Part shown: piece by piece, positions 52,866-64,000 of the stretch
Layout: each line of letters opens with the position of its first letter
How positions within the stretch are numbered: the stretch's first letter is position 1
DNA from: Syncephalis fuscata S228
Lineage: Eukaryota > Fungi > Zoopagomycota
DNA: 64,000 bases
Reading direction: 5' to 3'
NCBI GenBank assembly: GCA_025786725.1
Contig: JAHLTZ010000005.1
Coordinates: 248,001 to 312,000 of the forward strand
Position numbers and translations under genes: made by a program
The notes under the pieces: generated by a model
What the model saw: only the letters and a program-made list of their open reading frames with translations
Database searches by the model: none
Told to the model about the DNA's origin: nothing

Positions 52866-54219
52866 ATTGTTTTGCGGGGGCTGTTTGCCAAAAAGATTCA
52901 AATATCTGAAGTTGCGTTCTTTGTTTTACATATATTATCTCCTTCACTATGAATAGTGGCTATTCGGTTCTTAATCATCACTTTTTCATATCATACACAT
53001 ACAAACATACATTACATGTCTATCATTATTTACACTGTCTTCTTTGAACTACACGCACGCATACGTTGATTGTCTAAATCCACATGATTCAATCGAAAAT
53101 TCTAGATGTTTTATTCCTATATAGATTGTTAATAGTCAGGGCTAAACTAGTATGTTTGCATTGCTAACAATAGTTATTTAATCAAAAATAGTAGCAATAC
53201 GTTATCGTATATCCTATTTAGTTTATTAATTAAATATAATAGATTCTCATTTACAGATATTAACATTGTTACATTTAATACAGCTACATTGACTCTGTTC
53301 ATTTTAACAATAATATCAGTGATTCATTTGTTTATTTGCAAAAGAAAAGTTGTATTTATTGAATTAATAAATAAGATAATATATACAGGTCATAAATCGA
53401 ATAGCACCAGCAATAAAACACCGAGTATTATAGGAAGAATAGATAACAAATCCCGACCAAAGTATCCATTAATCAAATGTACATAAATTCTAAAGTAATA
53501 GCATAATGACTATAATCCAACACAATCAAATTTATCAAATAGCCTGTGTTTTAAATCTGCTCGTGTAAGCTCTAATATGCAAAGTCGACGATGCACCCAT
53601 GACCAATTGACAAAGACGCGCCATGTTTTTCATGCATGGGCAAAAGCGCTTATGGGCGCAGTGTTACCTGCTTTGCCTTGCCTTGAAAACAAATCATATG
53701 CATAATTAAAGCATGGGTTGTACAACGACGGAATGCAACTTGTTTCTGAAGCTCGTGGCAATAGAACAATGAAATACAGATCGATATTGCACGACTCGGC
53801 TTTAGGGAATAAAGCCAGCCTTAGCTACTTGTTACTTTTTACCAAATATTCAAATTAGTAAAGCAAAACCTACCAATTGACTATAGTAATTTTATTGCCA
53901 AAAATCTATTAATTAAATAAATGTGTTTTGACTTTTATTATTAGCATAAGTAAAAATATACCATACAACATCAATGTTTCTAGCTATAAATATAGCACTA
54001 GGTATCTGCAGTCGTCAAATGGCTTTGGTACCCGTGCTCAGGCGCCATGCATATCCGAGCTACTCGCGGTCGGTTATATTATAGTAGATAAGCCAGTGTC
54101 TGTGCATTGTATGGTTTTATTATTAAGTCGATTATCGTAACTACCTGCCGTTTAAACCGTCGAATACTATCGTTATTGTTAACTTGAATATATTCGTTTA
54201 ATTTAGTTTTGTTTTTATT

Positions 54220-55499
54220 ATGGAAACAGACGATCCATATGCAGTTTTCCCCAACAATATCACAGTTGCTCAGCTATTTAATCTTTCGGCTAGCAAATCG
54301 ATTTTACGACAACGATTTGTGGGACATAATGCCCAAATGGCCGTCTGTGTATTGTGTACTTGTGTGTTTGCTAGTAGCATTATGCATACTTCAATGTACA
54401 TTTTACGCCGACCCACCATCGTTGGCTGGCTTGCCTTACTACAAGCAGTTAGTGGGGTTGTCTTTACCGTATTCTCTGTTGGTTATCACACGCTAGAAAG
54501 CGGACCATCCTGCGCTTATGCAGTTATTGGAGGCGCTATTCTTTTACACGTGTCCAACTGTTGTCTCTATACTATATTGTGATTAAAGCGTACATTGCTC
54601 GTAATCGTCGTAAATCCTTTCTTATATTTGGCGTTTTATTTATTTCTATTGGAGAGCCATTATCGCTTATTCTTTTACTTATTTTTTCACCGGTTACTCT
54701 ATTCAACAATGGCGTTTGTACTCTCGTCTGGCCTGTGTGGTATCCGTTGTTTAAATTTACCATCGAGTTAACAATTAATGCCGTATTTTCGTTGGCATTT
54801 CTCGCTGCTATCTTTCGCCAGTGGCAACAACATGACACCGAAATATGGGAAATATTGGCCAAGGATGGTATGCAGTACATTTTATCTGCATCGTTGTCAA
54901 ATATTGTTTGTGTTATTTTAGTTGTATGCAATGTGGGCGATAGCTTGAGTGTAATCTTTTATATTGTCGAATGTAAGTAAAAATCGCTGCTATCTTGCCC
55001 GCTCTTCAGTACGTATAACTAACTAATTTTATTTATTATAGGGGCGTGCTCGTCGTTATTAGTTGTAAAGCAGCTAAGAAATCAAAGTGCCGGACAGTTA
55101 CGCAAATTACAATGCGGAAGCGCTGAGCCTTGTACAAAGAAGCCATTAAAGGATAGACGTGCAGCTTTTTCCAATACGGTGAATTGTGCTGCTGAATCAA
55201 CAACACACAACATCCAAAGTTCAATGGTTTGTCAATTTGCTTGTAGTTGCTTTACTAGAAGCACGTCTATTAGCCAACGATTGGTTCGATGGATTTTAAG
55301 CATTGTATCGGAAAAAAACGATTTAAATCATTGTCCTCAATTTGATAATAGCATTAATAATATTGTTAATGATGATGTTATTAATAGTAATGATATTAGT
55401 AATGATAATTTATATTTTAATAGCTACGCTCAAGCACCTATCGGACTAAGAAGAGATAATACACTATCATTTGACATTACTTCAATGTCAACACTTTAA
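54220..55499 (+). CDS. Multi-pass (GPCR-like) membrane protein; frameshift near 54578; intron 54973-55041
   Basis: Six to seven hydrophobic segments, Cys before TM3 (PSC) and in the putative ECL2 (GVC), LAKDGMQY motif, cytosolic tail. Confidence 0.65.
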
Positions 55500-55705
55500 A
55501 ACATTTTTAAAAAACACAAAATGTTTATGTTAAATTTAAAACACCAAATGTTACCAACCATTGTAATCATAAACAGAATTATTTAATAAATGACCAACTA
55601 ATAGGTTTAATATAGTGTAACATTTAATATAAGTACATCATGTCTATATGATTTAACATTAAGTCATACTTTAATAAATTGTGCCAAGTAAATGTGAAAA
55701 GAATT

Positions 55706-56670
55706 TTAATTGTACTTATCACACGCTGCTTTAATGGTTTTAATAGCAGTATTCATACGCTTTTTTTCGTCTTCATTCAATTTAAGATCAATGACATAAC
55801 TAATACCGTGAATACCAAGAATGGCCGGTCGACTAATATAACACTGGTGCTCTTCACTCCAACAGCTAACGGGACGAACATCATGCCGATCATTCAATAT
55901 TGATCCACATAAAGATGCGACACATGCACCGATGCCAAAGCTAGTAGCGCCTTTACGTTCAATAATTTCGTAAGCTTTGCGCATCACTTTTTTTTCTATG
56001 TCAGCCAAATCAACATCTTTCATTGCTGGATGCTCAAGAAGAGGTATACAGCCAATGGACGCACTCGACCAATTAACAAATTGCAAGTCACCATGCTCAC
56101 CCATCACGTAACAATGAATTGCATTTTCATTGACATTTAGCTTGCTGGACAGTATGCCACGAAGCGCATGCTATCAAGAAAAGTGCCCGATCCAAGTACT
56201 TGGCTACGCGGTAGTCCAGAGAGCTTCTGCGCGATAGAGGCCAGTACATCAACCGGATTGCTTACTAGCATCATAATAGCATCTTTTCGAATTGGTTGCA
56301 TTTCTTCAATGATGCTCTTGAGAATCTTATAGTTACGTTCAACTAACTATTAAATACGCTTTAGTATAATTTGATCTATACCACTGCTATGGCAAACTTA
56401 CTGCCGATCGAGGCTCGTCTGGCTGTTGCTTGGCACCGGCAGTAATGATGATAATATCACACTGTCCAGCCTCTTTATTAGTGGCTGCGGAGACAGGTAC
56501 CGGCGTAAGAAAGTTGGCATCAGATAGATCCAGCACCTGGCCTTCGAGTACATGGCAGCGACATCTACCATGATCACTTCTGCCGGCAATCTGCGGAGCA
56601 TGCAAGCATAGGCACAGCACGCACCAACTGCACCTGCACCAACGATAGCAATTTTTGGCTTAGATGGCAT
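55706..56670 (-). CDS. LDH: L-lactate dehydrogenase; one intron; 1-nt deletions near 56553 and 56163
   Basis: [10 protein letters not shown] Rossmann motif; EGQVLDLSD; IITAGAKQ; VSNPVDVL; GSGTFLDS; MGEHGD; [13 protein letters not shown]. Confidence 0.92.
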
Positions 56671-57391
56671 AATTGCAGTGATAGTAAGTAGAATAGCAGC
56701 AATGGACTATAGTGAAAAACAAAAGCTAACAACCAAAAGATAAACTAAAACCTCTTATCAATATTTTATTTAAGCGAAACAAAATGGTACATCTAATGAC
56801 GTGGTCATCTGAATCATTGGCTACCGTTTCGGCCATACTCGGCATGAACTTTCTTTTATCGGGTGATTTCGTCATTATTGATATTTTATGATGTGCGTGT
56901 AACCATTTGAATTTGCTATAATCATTATTGCCAAAGTTGCAGCATTTGCGTATATCAAACTAATTTAATACTAAAATGTATGATAAAAGTAAATAAAATA
57001 TTAACAGCTTAAATGTAAAAGGTATATATACATTTGCTTAATTAACTATATGAAATTAAGCACCAATAAAATATTGATATTAGTAATTATGTTAATACTA
57101 ATGATAATTGTAATAATGACTTATTCTATTATAATTTAAATGGTAACTTTTACCATATAGTTAATTTTAATTGCTATTGTAATTAAATCTAACGTGTATT
57201 TATTAATTAACGGCTAGTATGTACAATCATCACCATAATCATCTAAAAATGAAAGTCCAATAATAATAGAATTGAAATTTCAATTTGTTTTTTGTCGTTG
57301 TACACACACACACTTTGTTGCTTTATTATTTTTCTTTCTTTAAATTCCACGACGGTTACTTTGTCGGTATCGTTGAATTGCTTACAGAGCA

Positions 57392-58213
57392 ATGGGCGAT
57401 TCTAATTCAAACGACATCTTGGCACATATGCTGCCAGCAGTAAACGAACTGGAGGGAGATGCAGCTGTAGATTCGATTACTTCCACGGCCACGCTATCCG
57501 ACACGCTATCGGCAAGTTTTGACGAGATTCAAACGCAGTTAAAGCAAGTACTAGACCGTGTTGAACAGGGAGCTGTACTTAAAGCATTCGAACTGCTCTC
57601 GGGTATCACCGATGCTGTAGTAACGAATTGTGAAGCACTGGGACTTACTTCCGATGATCCACCCTACACCATGATAGATCGTGATGGATTCTGGCAAGGA
57701 TTAAACCAATGTTGGCTATTTGCTCTATCACACTGTAGTCTGGCCAAGTCAGAGGAGGAGCGATTAACTGATCAGCATATGTATCATCTACGAGATTCGG
57801 TCGTTTCTTGGTGTGATGTACTCGAACACTATGGCCTAGTTGATTATGAAATGGGATTCTGGGAACAAGATATTCTTGAAGCTATTGAGGCAGGCATTTC
57901 TGCACTACGTCTTATCGATGCTGCTGTATCTGGTGAAGAGGATAGTATAACTACAGCGGCTATGTTAACCACTGCAACAGTTACTGATGCCATTTTTACT
58001 TATCATACTGAACATATCACTGATCCACACCACCAACACCATGCACCAATTACACCGTTAACTGTTACAGCCACACCATCTCCATTGGATTTTGGAGATC
58101 TATCAGCGGACCATACACCACCCAACTCTACAATCCATTTAGGCAGTCTATCTAATATTAACACTGAAGAATCAACGATGACTATTACTGCTAAAGAAAG
58201 AGATAAGCGATGA
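57392..58213 (+). CDS. Hypothetical protein with a helical core domain
   Basis: Intact 273 aa ORF; core FWQGLNQCWL...WCDVLEHYGLVDYEMGFWEQDIL looks like a conserved fungal domain (from recollection, not searched). Confidence 0.8.
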   Translation: MGDSNSNDILAHMLPAVNELEGDAAVDSITSTATLSDTLSASFDEIQTQLKQVLDRVEQGAVLKAFELLSGITDAVVTNCEALGLTSDDPPYTMIDRDGFWQGLNQCWLFALSHCSLAKSEEERLTDQHMYHLRDSVVSWCDVLEHYGLVDYEMGFWEQDILEAIEAGISALRLIDAAVSGEEDSITTAAMLTTATVTDAIFTYHTEHITDPHHQHHAPITPLTVTATPSPLDFGDLSADHTPPNSTIHLGSLSNINTEESTMTITAKERDKR

Positions 58214-58344
58214 TTACTCCTCGTAGCATCTTATTATTTAATATGTATATTAACGTGCAATTTATTGCTTTGTTCGACACATGAAATAAAAACTATTACT
58301 ACTACTACTACTACCATTACTGTCAAGTGTTACAATAGTACCCA

Positions 58345-59366
58345 TCAACAACATCTACCACTCGATCTACCAAATGATGAAGATCGATGTCGTCGTTGAC
58401 GAGTAGTAGTTGTATTGGCATCACCATGAGCCAGTCTAAATGTCCAAGCATCTTCGTAAACACCATCATCTTCTGCTTCACTCATCATGTCCATAGGCCA
58501 ACTACTTCTACTATCCCGTTGTTGATCAACACCATTTGTCATGTCAAGTTCCAGTTGTGGCATACGAACCACTCGAATGATCTCATTGAATATCTGGTCT
58601 ACATTGGCACCATCTTTTGCACTTGCTTCAATACACGGCACCGGAAAACGTTCAGCATCTGAAGTACATCGTGCGGCAAAATCCCTGGCCTGTCGTCTTG
58701 AAACAACCCGTTCCTCTAAATCAATCTTGTTGCCCACCACAATAAATGGAAATGCTTCTGGATCAGGTGGATCGGCCTTTTGAAGAAAAGTTTCCCTCCA
58801 TCTCTCAAGATGTTCAAATGTCAAATAATTGCTCACATCATATACAGAATACACACATCTGCACCTCGATAATAAGCAGCACTTATGGTGCAAATCGTTC
58901 CTGTCCTTTAATAAGCTTAATATTAGTATTAATGTATCATTAATTGTATTAATCATATTACTATTTACCTGCTGTATCCCATACTTGCAATGTTGTGCTT
59001 TGTCCCTCAGATTGTACAATTCCTTTGTAAGAAAGTCAGCTCCAATAGTAGCTTTATAAGAACTGAGAAATATTTTATGAATAAACTAGTATCAATGTGT
59101 TAATTATATTCATTACTATATATATATGTTATGTATGTACGCCTGTTAACTTACTTGATGTCGCAAACTTGTCTAATCCATTCAATTATTCAATTATTCA
59201 TTTGTTTATCAGTTAATTAATTAGTTGATTAATTCAATATCATTTATAGTGGCGTGTTAGTAATAATCTTGATAAAAGTACAATGTTTATATCTACTTAT
59301 TAAAGCTTACTTTTCCTACTCCTCCATCACCATAACCACCACTTTTAGAGTTTCTTTACGTAGCAT
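58345..59366 (-). CDS. Rab7/Ypt7-like small GTPase, multi-exon, 4 apparent 1-nt deletions
   Basis: GDGGVGKTSL, YKATIGADFLTK, LQVWDTAGQERF, YYRGADVC, FPFIVVGNKID, EASAK, C-terminal CC prenylation motif. Confidence 0.88.
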
Positions 59367-59975
59367 TGTAAAATCATTAGTATTGCTTTGATGGAATTGC
59401 GGTAATTCCACAGTTAATCATCAACTAAACTACCCAGACAATTCAAGCAGTCGTACTCAAATACAGCAGCAATGATAATGTTTACTTTGACAGTATTACT
59501 AATATTGATAATAATGCTATAGTAGTAGTAGTAACAACAACAACAACTATAGCAACAACAACTATAGCAACTATAGCAATAACCACCAAACAAAGGCTTA
59601 TGCAATAACAATAGAAGTGGAGTGAAAAAGGAGTCTGTCGGTAAGTGTAAAACAAGAAAAGTCCGTATCAATGGCCAAGCCTCCACCATAAACATCAACT
59701 TCTTACCTTTAAAGCGCAGGTATACTGCACGTGACTTATTCGTAAAGATGACGAAATAGACAATAGAATATAAAGTAAAACTCAATTATTATGTTATATA
59801 GATTAGTAAATAATTAATAGTTTATAATAATATGGTAAATGTTTATAGACTGGCAATTAAATAAAGCTACAAAAGTAAAATTGTTTTTATAGTCTACCGA
59901 AATGCGTTGCATGTCAATCTTGTTCTTTCTTTTGCCTTTTATTTTATCCTCTACAGCTATTTTTATTGTTACATT

Positions 59976-60854
59976 ATGGTGAGTTAGATTCATTATGATC
60001 GGTATAAGTAGGATCTGTTTACTCATGCTTGTTTGTGTGCTAGTCGTACTTTTTACCGCATTTGACGAATGGTAAGTCAATTGATGACAGATTAGCACTG
60101 AGTACTGATGAATCCATAACTATTGATAAATATAATATATATATATATATATATTATGTGTATATATAGGCTGGCAGGTTGATCAGGCTATTCTGTCGGA
60201 AGAAGATCGCGTTGTTGTATTGCGATTTGGACATGACTGGGTAAGTATAGTTATGATTGTATAGAACAGAAGAATAGATAGTCTATAGTATTTAACAGAT
60301 ATACATAGGATCCAACGTGTATGCGTATGGATGAAACACTATACACTGTTGCTGAAAGAGTAAAGAATTTTGCAGTAGTCTATTTAGTAGATATTACTGA
60401 AGTGCCTGATTTTAATAAGGTAATATTATTAATAATAGAATACTATATCAATATATCATATATATATCAATATATCAATATATTAATATATATATTAATA
60501 TGAATAGATGTATGAATGTACGATCCATGTACAGTTATGTTCTTTTATCGTAATAAACATATTATGGTTGATTTGGGCACGGGTAACAATAATAAAATCA
60601 ATTGGCCTTTGGAGGATAAACAGGAATTGATAGATATCATTGAAACGGTATTCCGTGGAGCAAGGAAAGGTAGGTCATTTAGTAATTTATATAGATATAT
60701 ATAGATAGATGAAACGACGATGGATAAGGATAGCTATATATAGACTATTACCATAGATTATGTGTCATATACCATAGTTCATACTAATCAATATTTATTA
60801 GGTCGTGGTTTAGTTGTATCGCCCAAAGATTATTCTACCAAGTACAAGTATTAA
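59976..60854 (+). CDS. DIB1: U5 snRNP protein Dib1/Dim1 (TXNL4A); first coding exon is only ATG; 1-nt deletion near 60516
   Basis: M-SYFLPHLTNG-WQVDQAILSEEDRVVVLRFGHDW-DPTCMRMDE...NKHIMVDLGTGNNNKINW...GRGLVVSPKDYSTKYKY. Confidence 0.95.
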
Positions 60855-60964
60855 TAAATGGATATACACGTGTAGATAGTCCATTGTAGCTGATTGTGTC
60901 ATACAAATAGCTCTTGTGGTTCAATGTTATCTATAAAAAATATGGGACTGCTACTTATCCATCA

Positions 60965-61295
60965 TGGATGACTTGTTTGCTATATTCATATTAATATACA
61001 TTTATTACATTGTTTCTAATGAGTGTACCTTATGGTATATAAACTAACTACAAGGTGGTATGTATAAGTAGATTATAAAAATATATCAAAATTTTAGCCC
61101 TTAGCGTGCTTTTTTAACAATATTTTACTTATTTTTTTACAATTTTATTATTGTGGATGACTTGTTTGCCATATTCATATTATATGCACCCATTACATTG
61201 TTTCTAATTAGTGTACCTCATGGTATATAAACCACATGTGGCATGTATAAATAAATTGTGAAAATATGACAAAACTTTAACCCTTAGCGTGCTTT
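60965..61295. repeat. Diverged intergenic tandem duplication, ~189 bp period
   Basis: TGGATGACTTGTTTGC.ATATTCATATT...CCCTTAGCGTGCTTTTT occurs at ~60965 and ~61154. Confidence 0.85.
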
Positions 61296-61876
61296 TTCTT
61301 TTAAACGACAACGTTTTATTCTTTTACGAATTTTACTACTTCAGTTGCTATTATTACAGCCATCGCTACTATTTGACTTTTGATGTCAATTGAATTCTAG
61401 GCATATCTAGTGAATTAAGACCGCCCTTCATTAGCTTAGTTACGAGTACACACACACACACACACATCTATCATTTTCTCGACATCATATTAATTGCAAT
61501 TTTTTATTGCATAACGTTGTACTGCCCTTCTACGTGTTACACATTCCTGTTTGAGCTCAGCCTACGATAGCGGCAAATTGCATCGACCATATTGTGTGCA
61601 AACATAGGCACATACCCACACGTACAGACAGGCAAACGCATAAAAGATAGGCAGTTAGCAGGAAACCGTGCTACGCTGTATGGTCCTTCACCGTTTTTCT
61701 TTAGTTTTTGTTTCTTTTGACTTTGATTACAGTCGGTGGACTATATAACGTCTCCGTTATTCGTTAATGCCTAGTCTCTAGTCATTGAGTATCGGGAGGA
61801 TTAGTGATTTCAACATACGTCAAGATCAATAACACCATTGCAGTGTTTATGCATACGTATATGCTTCTAGAACAAT

Positions 61877-64000
61877 ATGGACGCACACCATGAGCATAAC
61901 ACCTCCAATGCAGCTGCAAGAGCACATGACAACACTGCAGCCACTACTTCTACAGCGTTAACTAACGATCAGACGCAAACAACTCGTCGTCATTTCAATA
62001 ATGGTCGAGATTTACTAGCAGTTGAAAGAACAAGTAGTCGGTCCTCGTCTAACCACTCACGTTCTTCTTCATTTGATGGTTATACAACAACTACATCGTT
62101 AGTTAATATCCATGAGAACTCTACTGCAGGAATAACTAATCCTACTACGACTAACAGTAATAACATTAACATTAACAACAACAATGGTAATACTGCACGT
62201 GCTCGGGCTGTCACCTTAGCATCAGGTTTATCAGGTCGCACCGGTCATTCGTCATTCTCGGCGAACAATGAATCAAATTCATACTTTCCTCTACGTTCCA
62301 GTATGCCACTATCATTTGCTCCCGAATTCCATAATGATCCATTTCGTAGTCAGCAACGACAAGAGGAACAGCGTAGCTTGTTAACACCATTATCAACGTC
62401 GGTATCATCATCGTCAGCCTCTTCACCTATCCCCTATTCTGAACAAACGAATCGTGATCATAGCAGTAAACATCTTATTAACCAAACAGACGATATTGAA
62501 CGACGTGGATCACCAGATTCTACCAGTAATTCTGAAACAGAAACTGATACTCTACGTCGACCACTTATTCCCGGTACTGAATCAGCTAAATCTCGTGGTG
62601 ATTTCAATATGAATAATAGCAATAATAATAGGCTATCAACAGCTACGGTTAGCACAACGTCTAGAGTTATGATAGGACAGAAGACAGACCAACAACAACA
62701 CAGCAACAACGTGATTCATTTGAAGCCATTGTAGTTGATTTCCATCAAAATGATGTACAAGAACCTGATGCCCATGATAAGAATAATGGCCGTACAGTTA
62801 CTACTACTCGGACTGTAGATGTTTTACGTCAACAACATGTACTGCTATTAGAGGATGATCTTGATGTAATTAATAGAAAGTGTAACAGTAATAGATAGAT
62901 AGCTAATAGGCGATTGATGACCTCTCTAGTTACTTATATCGGCCTATCGATATAATCGTCGTTGGCTATTCTTTTATCGTTGGCCTGTTGCTTCACAGGC
63001 GGTATCTTCTATCTAATTGTACGTTGGATACCTCGATTATGGATCTATTTGGTGGGACAGCCTTGTTTATTAGGTGACGCTGAATGGGCTGTTGTTGAGG
63101 TAGGTCATATGAAGGGTATATTACATGTTACATGAGTTGTTAACCACGTTAATTAATAGAACAATGGAAACAACTAACGGTTGAATCTATTCATCGAGTA
63201 AATTATGGTGGGAAAATGTCTAATGTATTTTCTAACCAAAAGAGTGGTGACAAGGTAAATAGGATTACATTAATACATTATATTAGAAATGTTACTAATA
63301 ATGTTATTATAGATGGGTAATGAAATATTGCATACTATTAATTACTTTGATCATCGGTATATGAGATTTATATATAACCCAAAGTGTCAATTATTTATTC
63401 AAACCAAGTAAGTAATTAGTACATATTAGTAATGTATCATAGCTAATCCTATTATAGCGCATGGACCGATGAGCATTGGACGGATATGAGTATTTGTCGA
63501 CGAGGCATTTCACGGGCAGTTTATCAAGAACGTAAAACTGTATTTGGTTCCAACCTAGTGAATATTGAACAGAAATCAATTATACAATTACTTGTTGATG
63601 AAGTAAGTAACGACTAGATGGCTTTGTAGTATAGCATTGATATTAATGTTGCTATTAGGTGCTACATCCATTTTATATATTCCAAATATTCAGTGTTGTT
63701 CTATGGGGATTTGACGAGTATTACTACTATGCCGCGTGTATTGTTATCATTTCAGCCTTCTCTATTGGTCAAACATTGATAGAGACCCGTCGTAATGTCA
63801 ATCGTATGCGAGATATGGCCCGTTTTGCCTGTGAATTACGTGTATTCCGTGATGGACAATGGTTACAACTCAGTTCAGAAGAGTTAGTGCCGGGTGATTT
63901 AATTGATATCAATGATGTACAAACATACCCGGCTGATTTAATTCTATTAACGGGCGACTGTATTGTTAATGAGAGCATGCTTACCGGTGAAAGTGTACCT
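61877..64000 (+). CDS. YPK9: P5B-type ATPase Ypk9/ATP13A, 5' part (continues past the window); frameshift near 62730
   Basis: [33 protein letters not shown]; LVPGD; [24 protein letters not shown]. Confidence 0.9.

Noticed and set aside
55706-60854. LDH, Rab7-like and DIB1 as pseudogenes
   Set aside because: Apart from single-base gaps, motifs and splice sites are intact and there are no nonsense substitutions, so assembly error is more likely.
61085-61295. Telomere-like TTTAACCC/CCCTTAG motifs
   Set aside because: Single occurrences within a local duplication, not tandem arrays.

Overview
AT-rich, intron-rich (mostly 45-130 nt GT-AG introns) nuclear DNA of an early-diverging fungus. Gene style, secreted proteases, a secreted kinase-like protein and a GPCR-like protein suggest a zoopagomycete mycoparasite such as Syncephalis; this is inference only. 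About 24 protein genes: RVS161, a MOB1-like gene, an RBR E3 ligase with tandem zinc fingers, a split-PH/Sec7-like protein, two M28 aminopeptidases, MIOS/SEA4, NDUFB2, a pepsin-like protease, a PPR protein, LST8, a 3xKH protein, LDH, a Rab7-like GTPase, DIB1 and a partial YPK9, plus orphan secreted and membrane proteins. Main points of interest: (1) a 5S rRNA gene only 7 nt upstream of a tRNA-Gly(GCC) gene with no Pol III terminator between them, a candidate dicistronic 5S-tRNA unit; (2) three copies of a ~0.6 kb repeat carrying a decayed Fanzor/TnpB C-terminus, two of them followed by a conserved hairpin-forming tail resembling an omegaRNA locus; (3) a secreted pseudokinase effector candidate that the ORF track misses; (4) at least 17 single-base deletions in otherwise intact genes, most likely long-read assembly errors.
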